A stretch of DNA of 64,000 bases from Cycas panzhihuaensis (lineage: Eukaryota; Plantae; Cycadophyta), in NCBI GenBank assembly GCA_023213395.1, contig CM041465.1:153147741-153211740 (forward strand), written 5' to 3'. Below the pieces are notes generated by a model, which was given only the letters and a program-made list of their open reading frames with translations, had not been told where the DNA came from and did no database searches. A program made the position numbers and the translations under genes. Positions 53,501 to 64,000 of the stretch are shown piece after piece (position 1 is the stretch's first letter; the number at the start of each line of letters is the position of its first letter).

Positions 53501-56500
53501 TTGAGTAAGTTAAATTAAATAGTTTATATAAACTATTTATATGATCTAAAAGTCTAGAAGTAATAACTTTAAATTTGTTAAAGGGTTATTTTACTATAAA
53601 ACTATCTTTCTAATATTCAACTACCAAACCCTTTTGACAGATCTAATATATAAATGAAAGGTTAGATAATAAACTTAGAATATAATAAACATTATCAATA
53701 AAGCCATTTTTAAGCAAAATATTTTTTGTTTTGGTGATTTTCAATTGAGAGCCACTTCCAAATTGTTAGAGTATGGAGAACAGAGTGAAGTAGGTGAACA
53801 TGCAAGTCAAAGTAACATTCAAGCCATATTGAGAGTATGCATTGCAAATATCATTGCATTAATCCATCTTTGAAGAAAGTACATATAAATTCCTTTGATG
53901 AAGATGGTGTTGAAGAACACCAGGGTTTTGAACACCATAAAATATAAACTTGGGAGGGAGGAGAGAATCCTCCTCAATCTCTAAATTTAAAATAATATAA
54001 AATAATGAGAATGCATAATAAAATAATCTCACCTTAACTTACCATGAGTATGTGTGCACTTACATGTTCTTAAGATGGGAGTTAAGTGAGGGATATTAAC
54101 CTCAATATACTCCACCTTAATATTTATCACTTCTTCTTTAGTTTCTCTTTGAATTGTGGTATAAGTGCTTTATGTATACTTTGACAAGGTGATTGTACTC
54201 ATGTCCTTTAGCTTTATTATATTTGAAGTGGTCAACAGCTTATATCATTATCTTTTTCATATAATCTTTAGCAAAATATGTTTCAAGTGTAGATGCAAGT
54301 TGCTTCAAATGAGTATGAGTGTCTTCATCTTTGAATTTATCCTTTTGATGAGAGTCAACTAGATTATATATATATATATATAGTCTCAAATATAGCAATG
54401 TGATCATTAGTCTCAATGGAATCTTTAATATTATACGTAACATTAGACTTTTCATCAACTAACACCTTCTCTATCATTTATATCACAAAAAACACATTGT
54501 CAATATAGTCAAATTTATTTAAATCTAAAATTTCTCCCTCATAAAGTGAGTCTAGGGTATCCCAAACTGATTTTGATATGGTTAAATCACTAATACTAGT
54601 GAATACATCATCATTTAGTGTAGAAAAGATTATAGTTAAGGCTTCATTATCTTTTTTCAAGTTTTCTCTAAAATTGGGTTCATTTTTAAGATAACCATCA
54701 CTTGCATAATGCCATAAATTATTTGTAATGAGATGGGTTTTTAAAATATATTTTCAAATATGAAAGTTAGTCTCATCAAATATGGGAAACCTTAATTTAT
54801 CTTCATTCATTGTCATTGTAATTAATAAATCATAACCTCTAATGAGAAATCAATCTTGCAATGAGCAATAAAAAAGAGATATATCTCCTTAAACAAGGAG
54901 ACAAATAAATGATAAATAATCCTTTCAAATTAGATTTAATAAATGCTATTTGCAAAGTAACCTTCATAAGTCTTTAGAATAGGCTAATGTACCTTTAAAT
55001 AACCAAATGTAACTTTGAAATGCTTTTAAAAAATGAACAAGAATGATTCTTTAATTTCAAAATCTTATTAAGAGTAAATAACATCAAATGAGCCTTTCAA
55101 ATCAAAGACAACATGCAAATAGTCATAAATATGTGCTCCTTAAAAAATAATATAAACAACCTTTATTGAAACAAAACTAAATGCACCTTTACTAAAAGAT
55201 TCAAATGAATCGATAAGGAGACAAAATTATGAGCCAAAAGCATGAAGCTTTTAATATTCAAATGCAAAGCACTAGACTTTGAAATAATGATCAATGTTCA
55301 AATTATAGTCTCTTCAAGCAATGAAAAATATATGAGGCTTTAAAGAGATAAACTATGAAGTATAAATATAAATATAATAAAAATGCTTAATGTGAGATGT
55401 GTTAGGATAACCCCTAATGTCCTAAGGATATGTGTACCTAGGGCTCCCTAAGGTACCTAGAGCCTTGTTAAGCCGTCATCAATCAACATATTCAGGTATA
55501 CTTTATTATTTTAATTTATTTTTTTAATTTTTGATGGCTAATAGGTATGTCAGGTTGAGACGCTTAGGCGCCTCCCTAAAATTCTATTTAAAGGGTTGTA
55601 TTATAACCTAGGTTTTTTTCAACACCACCTTCTATTATATAAAAATTTGCTAATCACAATAGCATCCCGACTTGCTCTGCTCCTCTATGAACAACATTTG
55701 GTATCAGAGCATGCATGGTTGTATGGATTTGTAATTAGTTCATTTTATTTTGATATATATTTGAGTGCTCTATAATTAAACTTTAGTATATCAAAATATT
55801 TGATTAATTTTCATATTTATTTACGTGATATTTTTCTATTGTTCTTTTAAAAAGTGATACCCTGCATTCAAATCGATCTAGCTCTCTAACCACTGATCAA
55901 AATTTGAGTATATAACTACTCGTTGGATTCATCACTACACCATCTACCTTCTAAAAAAAATGGTTTATGATTTCATACCTTGTGAAGGGAGATATCACTA
56001 ACTTAACCTCAGTTCCCTATTTTTAGGCATTATTTTTTCTGCTTTGTTTCTCCTCTATAAAGATCAGTTTGCCACAAAATTTTACCAACAACTAGTCATC
56101 TTAGATATCTACCCCCCTCTAAAATTACATGATAAACTGCCTCTTTATTGGTGATATCCAGCCCCAGATCCAGTTTCTCAAGTTTTCAACATTTTTGCAT
56201 TATTTTTCATAATTTTTTTCAAAATTTTTTAAAAAAAATTTATACTATCAAAGTCTACCTACTTGAGTGCCCCCTGTGTGACACTACAAAATAGATATAA
56301 TTTTTAAATAAGAAATTTTCATTTTAGTTTTGTCACTGTACTCTCACACAGGCCGCACACTGTCCACTCCATTTCTATGCATTTTTTATATATATAATTT
56401 TTTTTTCCTTTTTTCCACTCAATCCTCTAGTAGGATCCTCAATGCCCCCAATTCAACACTCCCTCAATTATTATCAGTGCATTGTAGTCACACAAATCAT

Positions 56501-58601
56501 GTTTGTTCGATTATTTTTTTGTCGCAGCGTGATACATATTGATATTCTTTTTATTATAGCTATAAAGTTTATAAGAATTAAAAATTAAATCCTTTTCTAT
56601 AAATTTTTATTTCCATGTTAAAAGGCTCTTAGCCCCCCTTAAGAGCTTTGCCCCTAGTCACATTAGTCCACACAACCTCTAGCTCATTTATTAAAGGGGC
56701 TATCTTAAGGTTAATAAACTTTTCTTTTTTATTTTTTTTATTTTCTTTAATACATAGGCTACCTGGCTCTTTTTCATAATATCTTTTCATTGGGGTCTTA
56801 GTTTCTAATAAAACTAGTTTTGTTGAGTCCTAAATTTTATGGGCTATAATTTTGACTAGCTATTTACTACCTTTGAAGCCAATTTGACCTAATTTTAATT
56901 AGTTAAAGTCAATTTTTTTTTTTTTTTTTTTTTTTGAGTTATTAACATAAAAAGTACCTTTCACCTTTTTTGATATAACTGTTCTAATTCATATCAGATT
57001 TTAGATATGTCAATTTCTTTTAGAAGCTAACTCATTTCTCTTCTAATTGACATATTTATTTATAATTTTTGAAGTTTTCTTGTAGACTTTCAAATCTCCT
57101 AAAGTTGAGGTTTTATTTAAGTCCTAGTTAGACTTTCTTTAAGATTTTTGAGCCAAATTTCTTTCTAATTTTGAATATATTTTACTTGATATTTATATAA
57201 TACTAATAATTAATAAGATTTACTAGTATTTATTAAGTTTTTAAGCTATTTTGAAACTCATTTAGCCTACTTTTAGGCCTCTAGATCAAAAGGAGCCCCT
57301 CTTTTTTATTTGACTTAGTAAACAGGTATTTCTTGTTATATTTTTAACTTTTATCAAATCTAAAACTTATTTAAATTCTTTTTGTACTTGATTCAAGGAT
57401 TATTTACACTTATTTGTGATTATTAAATAATAATTACCCCCCTCCATTCTCAATAGAACCTGCTTATAAAACTTGATTAAATGAGCTCACTTGGCTTTCA
57501 TTTAGACTTTTTTTTTTTTCATATTTATTTTATATTTTTTGAAGGAAAAAGTTCTTATTTTTTACAAAAGAATATAATACTTCAAACAGGGAGAGCATTT
57601 TTTTAATTTTTAAATTGTATAAATAGGGTAATCATAGATATACATCTTTATTTTGAAAGGAAAGTACATATAGACTTCTTTGAACATTGAACAATTATTC
57701 CTTTTTGAAAAATACATTTGATTTGTTTAAAGGTGTGAATATAGATTCAAATTTTCTCATAGTTTCCTAATTGTGAGATTATCATTTATACTTTCAAAGG
57801 GAGAATTTTGTTTTGAAATTGAAAGCATTATTTTATTAAAAAAAATATTTTATACTTTATTTTTCAAATTAATATTTGAGTATTGAAAGAAATTGGACTT
57901 TAGTCTTCATTTTCAAGTTTCATTTCATTTTTTATTCTAAAAGGAATCTTATTTATAAGAAAGACCATCTATAATAAAATTTTCTCATATTAAATTAGAT
58001 AATTACTTGAATTGAACCTCCTTTTTGTTCTAGCCTTGTAAGGGGAACAGTTAGGATCCCTGAAGTTACCACCCCGCACACGCCACTTAGCCTACTCATA
58101 TTAGATGAGGAAATCCTTTGGCTATTATGTATATTTAGTGGCAGGCTGAGGTGCAGAACCTATTCCATTTATAATTTTTAGAGACCAAGGCTAGACTTAG
58201 AGAGGGTGAGTGCCTTGGTTTGAGAACCTTCACCACTAGATCTGTCACTAGGCATAAGTCTGATGCAAGTGACTCAACAATTCAAGGGGGTGTAAAAGCC
58301 TTCTTAGTAGCCTGCATACTAAGGTATATAGAGATTAGCACTCACATACCGATAAATTAGATTCTTATTTTTCCATCTATAGGTAAGCACTAGATAGGAT
58401 AGCAATAGAAGGTTACCCTAGGAGAAACTTAAACTTAGAGCCTAGTAGCCTAAATAGGTACTAGTTCACTTATTAAAAACTTTGGATAAAACCTTGGGTT
58501 ACACTTGAAAAACCTTTTTTTATTCATTTAACTAAAACCTTGGTGGGATAAACATATTTTATTTACTAAAGGATTACTATCATAACCCAAGTTAAGTAAC
58601 A

Positions 58602-61600
58602 TGGCAACAAGCACAGGAAATATGACTATTCTAGTATTTGATGGGATAAATTTTCTAATTTGGAGGTAGAAAAATAAAATCTATCCTTATGTTGAAGGAA
58701 TTATAGGGCATAGTTTAGATAGTCTATATAGATCCAAGTGACCAAACCACAAATAAACAAAAGAGGGTATTCAAAAAAATGGTCAAGAAAGATAATAAGG
58801 CTCTAACATTATTATTTTGTGCTATTGATGTTAAAAATTTTCCAAGAGTGAGTGAAGTAGCCACATCAAAGCCAGTATGAGATACTTTATAACTGATTTA
58901 TGAAGAAGTGGATTCATCAAAGCTTCAAACCCTTAGGAGTAAATTTGAAAACCTAAGGATGAATTTAAATGAATTAGTTATTGACTTTATAATAAAGGTA
59001 CAAGACCTAGTTAATCATATGAGAGCTCTTAGAGAGACCTTAATGAAACAAAGAGTTGTTGAAAGGATTTTACGATGTGTTAGTGTCATACCAAGTTTTG
59101 AAATGGTTGCAACTAGCATTAAAGTCTCCAAAGACTTGAGCACTCTCAAAATAGAATAATTGAGTGCCATGTTAATGGTTATTAAAGAGAAGAAGCCATC
59201 TAACGAATCACTTGAATATGATTTTGTCACTAAGGCAAGGATAGTCCCATATACTCAAGCAAGCACTTCTAAATCTAAGGATTAGTCTCTGAAAGAAAAG
59301 AGTAGAAACCCTAGACATACATTGTACTAACAAAGGTAGCTAAGATATCAAGCTCCTCACCAAAGACAAGAAGCTAATCAAAGAGATTCAAGGTAAACTA
59401 GATATCCAAGTAAAGAAAGACAATAAGGGACACATCAATGTTATCCTAATTGCCAAAGGGACATACCACTATAAAGGGAAAATTTTCATCCTCCAAATCA
59501 TAGGCAAAGGGATTATCCACCTCCTTATGAAAAAAGAGGAAGGCCATCTCATATTGATAGATCTTATCCTCTGAGTAGAAGTATTAGTTATGAGAGAAGA
59601 GATTCATCATATTGCACCTTTTGTAATTACCTTGGTCATACAGAAGATAGGTGCTTTACTAAAAATGGACCACCTAACAAAGGAAGTGCTAACACTGTTG
59701 TGCAAAATAAAGAAAATTGGTTATTCATGTTCTACTTTCTAGCCAATGAAGATGAAAATAGCAGTTGGTATATTGACTCAGGATGCTCAACTCACATGAC
59801 TCATATAAGGGGTTGGGTTTAAACAATGGATATAGCCAAAATGGGCTCTACTATATTTGGAGACAATACAACCCATGAAGCTATTGGAAAAGGAAATGTA
59901 GCTCTCTAAATCGATTCAAGAGAAACCAAATACATTGAGGATGTTCTATATATTCTAGCCTTAAGGAAGAATCTACTATTAATGGGACAGATGATGGGTC
60001 AAGATTATAGAGCCATATTTGATAATGGCAAGTGTATTATCAAAGATAAGAGACAAAATAAAGTAATTTTTGCCAGAGGAAAAATAACAAAAGATAATCT
60101 ATTCAAACTTGTCATCCCTTAATCTGATTCTTATGCTTTGAAAACAACCATCAAGATTGACACTACCATGTGGCATAAAAGATTTGAGCACTTGAATTAT
60201 AGCAATTTAGAACTTATGAAAGGCATAAGCATGGTTAATGGTTTGCCCCACATTAAAGTGGACAAAAATGTTTATGAGGGATGTGTCATGGGTTGCTATT
60301 ACACCAAAAACCCCAGGGTGATTTGGGAAAAAGACTTCCTTGTGATAGTTAGCATCATGCGCTCTAATACTCCCCTATCATAAGGAGTCAGTTGTACCTA
60401 CATGACATGCATATCCACCATGACATTTCTCAGTGTCACCCCTAACACCTTTACATATCTCCAAATATATTATCATGGTACACAAGACTAGTTTTGAACC
60501 CTGGTTTCTTTGATACCACTTGTCATGGGTTGTCGTTACATCAAAAGCCCCAGGGTGATTTGGGAAGAGGACTTCCTCATGATAGTTAACATCACACACT
60601 CCAACAGGATGCCTACTTAGAAAACGACATAGGAAAAGTTTTCTAAAATTTACCTATAGAGTATAAGATCCTCTGTAATTGGTATATACTAATATTTGTG
60701 GTCCCATGGAAATTCTATCTCTAGGAGGAGCAAAATACTTTATTACTTTCATTGATAACTATACAAGGAAAACATGGGTTTTCTTCATAAAATTTAAATC
60801 TGACACGTTTCAACACTTTGTTGACTTTAAAACCTATGTGGAGAGATAAAGTAGACACAATATACTCTCCCTAAGATCAAAAAATGGGGGAGAATTCATT
60901 TCAAATCAATTTAATGCTTATTGTGTTCACCATGGAATCAGGCATTAGTTAACCAATCCCTACACCCCTCAACAAAATGGTGTAGCCAAAAGAAAGAATC
61001 ACACCATAGTTGAAATGGAAAGGTGCATGCTGAAAGATAAAAGATTAGGAAATTAATTTTGGGTTGAAGCAATATATACTGTAGTATATTTGATTAACAG
61101 AAGTACCACTAAATCACTTCGATGGAAAACTCTCGAAGAAGCATGGATAGGATACAAACCAAATATCCATCACTTAAGAGTTTTTGGCTACATGGCATAT
61201 ACTTATATTCTTGAATAGAAAATGACTAAATTAGATGATCATAGTACCAAATGAATTTTCATCATCTATAGTGATATATCAAAATTTTATAAACTTTATG
61301 ATCCAAAAGTAAGAAAGGTTATCATGAGCAAAGATGTCATCTTTCAAGAAATGGATTCCTATTATGTTGATCATCATCAAGAAAAAGGAAAGAATATGGA
61401 AATAAATATTGATTCCAATCCTAGGTCCACATATGTGCCACCTCGGTAGCTCCAAAGAAGGACCATTGATGTTGAAAGTGGGGAGGGAACTTCTTCTCAA
61501 CCTCCACTACTAAATTTTCCTAGGGAGGAAACCTCTCAACCTCCACCATGAACAATTCCTAAATGGACTCACAGATATCATCCTATGGATAACATGTTAG

Positions 61601-63210
61601 ATCATGATTATAATAGAAGATCAACTCGATCTCATAGGGTAAACTTTGCCCTTATGTCTCATGTTATGGAAACACATGAGCCTCAAACCTTTAATGAGGA
61701 TAGTTTAGATGCTATATGGAGAAAAGCTATGGAGGAAGAATACAACTCCATTGTAAAAAATGACACTTGGGAATTGGTTGATCTTCCTCCCAACAAAAAG
61801 CCTATTGGGACTAAGTGGATATACAAAACAAAATTTAGATCTAATGGCTCTATTGATAAGCACAAAGCTCATCTTGTTATAAACGAATACTCTCAAAAGG
61901 AAGGCATTGATTATAATGAGACCTTTGTTGTAGTTGCCAGAATGGAAATAATTTGGATGATTATTAATTTGGTTGCTCAAATGAAATGGGACATTTGCCA
62001 AATGGACATCAAAAGTGTTTCTCTTAATGGCTATATCGAAGAAGACATCTATGTCTCTCAACCCCTCAGTTTTGAAGTCATGAGGGAAGAAAACAAAGTG
62101 TACAAACTTAAGAAAGCACTTTATGGACTTCAACAAGCACCTAAGGTATAGTATTCCCATATTAATAAATATTATAAAGATCAAGGCTTCAAAAGATCTC
62201 AATCAAACCAAAATCTATACACTAACATCGAAGGTAAATCGATCCTAATTATGGGATTATATGTTGATGATCTTTTTGATATAGGAAATGATCCACAACT
62301 CTCACATTAATTCAAGGGAGATATATGTAGAGAATTTGAAATGACTAACTTGGGTCTAATGCATTACTTCCTTGGAATAGAAGTACGGCAAGATGATGGC
62401 AGCATTCTTATCTCCCAAAGAAAATATACCTTGGACTTACTTCAAAAGTTTAAGATGAGTGAATGTAAACTTTTAATTACTCCTACTGAAGTTAGAATAA
62501 AACTTTTAAAGCATGATGAGTTTGCTCATATGGATCTGATACTATATAAGCAACTAATTGGTAGCTTAATTTACTTGACTTCTACATAACCTAATATCAT
62601 GCATGTAGTTACTGTGGTATCTTGATTTATGCATGATCTAAAGACTTCTCATTGGCAAGCAGCAAAAAGAATCCTATGATATCTTAAAGACATGATAGAT
62701 TTTGGGCTATGTTACAAGTCTACATCAAATTTTAGATTAATAGGGCATACAGATTCAGATTAGGCTGGTGATATAGATGATAGGAAATCTACATCAAGTT
62801 ACACCTTTAATATGGTTTCAATAGCTAAAGTGTGGAGCTCAAAGAAACAAAATATAGTTTTTTTATCAACAGAAGAGGCAGAATATAAAACAGTAGTTAT
62901 AAGGGCATGTAAAATAGTTTGGTTGCATTATCTTCTACAAGATCTTAACATAGAATAGTAAGGGTGAACCAAAATCTAGTGCGATAATTAAAGCACCATA
63001 CAAATGACAAAGAATCTATTTTTTCGTGGTGGAACCAAGCATATTGAGACACCACATCATTTCATTCGAGAATTAGTACATGAAGGACAAATTGAGCTAA
63101 AATATTATAGTATAGAGGACTAGATAGTGGATATCTTCACAAAAACATTGGGTAAGATCAAGTTCTAGAAATTCAGAGAAACTTTGAGAATTCCTCACAT
63201 TGGGGATTAT
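58602..63210 (+). pseudogene. Copia gag-pol polyprotein, disrupted
   Basis: KLQTLRSKFENLRM, CTFCNYLGHTEDRC, WYIDSGCSTHM, WHKRFEHLN, PYTPQQNGVA.RKN, AMEEEYNSIVKNDTWELV, LYVDDL, DRKSTS.Y.F, TKHI...HFIRE. Confidence 0.93.
60284..60606 (-). mobile_element. Miniature TRIM (323 bp; 86-bp LTRs)
   Basis: LTRs 60284-60369 and 60521-60606. TSD ggatg at 60279-60283 and 60607-60611. PBS rc TGGTATCAAAGA 60507-60518. PPT rc of ctcccct 60370-60376. Splits the host integrase YEGC|LL.K.HR motif. Confidence 0.95.
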
Positions 63211-64000
63211 GAAGGAGAATGTTGGGATAACCCCCAATGTCCTAAGGATATGTGCACCTAGGGCCCCTCAAAGCCACCTTTAGGGCTCCCTAAGGCACCT
63301 AGAGCCTCCCTAAGCCGTCATCAACTGACATATTCAGGTATGCTTTATTATTTTAATTTATTTTTTTATTTTTGATGGCTAACATATAAGTCAAGTTGAG
63401 GTGCTTAGGCAGCTCCCCAAATTTCTATTTAAAGGGTTATATTACAGCCTAGGTTTTTTCAACACTGTCTTCTATTATATGGAAATTTTTTAATCGGAAT
63501 GGCATCCTGACCTACTCTGCTCCTCTGCAAATGATAAGATGAAACTCAAAAGCATAAAGGAGCCACAAATGGCTTATGACTACACTAATATACACTTATC
63601 AATCTTAAAATATATAGTGGATTTAATGCAAATAAGAATGTTTCTTTAATTAGTAAACCAACAACCTTAAGATATATGGAATTTCTAGCAAATTTTATTA
63701 AAATAATATAGATGAAATGAAGAGTTGATCTTTTATAAATTTATATGCAAACTAAGTGTAATCTTGAAGTTTTAAAGGCAATGAAAGGCCTTAAATAGTT
63801 AAAAATACTTAAATAAATCCTTTTAAATTCAAATATAAATGTTAAAGAAAGAGAACAGTAATGGTAAGCAGTACCAATTTGTCATTTTGATCTAAATAAA
63901 GTTTATAATCTTCAAGAAGCTAAAATTGATGCTAAAGAGCTAGAAAACAACTTGTAAGCTTATAAAACCAAATAAATATTATCCATAATTAATTACTATG

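Larger units (their letters stand above)
55400..63536 (+). mobile_element. Ty1/Copia LTR retrotransposon with long (~2.9 kb) leader, degenerate
   Basis: LTRs 55400-55696 and 63220-63536. TSD agatg at 55395-55399 and 63537-63541. PBS tggtatcagagc 55699-55710. PPT gaaggagaa 63211-63219. Confidence 0.95.
42180..64000 (-). mobile_element. Old Ty1/Copia host element (minus strand), split by two nested elements; 5' end not identified in the window
   Basis: 3' LTR ~42180-42560 plus PPT 42561-42569. RNase H 42570-43040 resumes at 51172 (KSTTSYVFFL across the insertion). RT, INT and PR extend to ~53900. Gag MTMNEDKLRFPIFDETNF..KKDNEALTII..SKSVWDTL..LYEG starts at 54816. The leader continues across the 55400-63536 insertion. 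Confidence 0.75.

Noticed and set aside
58085-58280. Possible hammerhead ribozyme (gatgag..gaaa, ctgatg)
   Set aside because: No complete CUGANGA/GAAA core with supporting helices.
60521-60606. Cassandra-type 5S rRNA similarity (GGAAGTCCTC on the minus strand of the TRIM LTR)
   Set aside because: Only ~10 nt match, with no box A/intermediate element, and the LTR is much shorter than Cassandra LTRs.

Overview
AT-rich, CpG-depleted plant nuclear DNA made almost entirely of nested, degenerated retrotransposons. An IFG7/Reina-type chromodomain and a LINE RT motif 'QFVDD' suggest a gymnosperm, but this is inference. No intact protein-coding gene is present. Left half: a ~8-kb block of old TE debris is duplicated head-to-tail (1966-16319 and 16328-35611). 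Copy 1 later received a ~6-kb L1-type LINE. Copy 2 received a Gypsy chromovirus and a Tork/Tnt1-like Copia. Each insertion has a TSD, and its empty site is visible in the sister copy. Right half: a minus-strand Copia remnant hosts (i) a degenerate Copia that contains a gag+protease-only Gypsy derivative, and (ii) an 8.1-kb Copia that contains a 323-bp TRIM with 86-bp LTRs. The middle (36.7-39.9 kb) holds the most unusual non-TE signals. One is a candidate plus-strand terminal exon. The other is a minus-strand chimeric pseudogene: GT-AG-bounded exons of an unidentified gene run in frame into the N-terminus of a plant PLP-dependent transferase/Moco-sulfurase-like protein (At4g37100/At2g23520/At5g66950 type), just downstream of an LTR+PBS. 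Two deletion scars carry templated filler DNA. All identifications were made by eye, without database searches.
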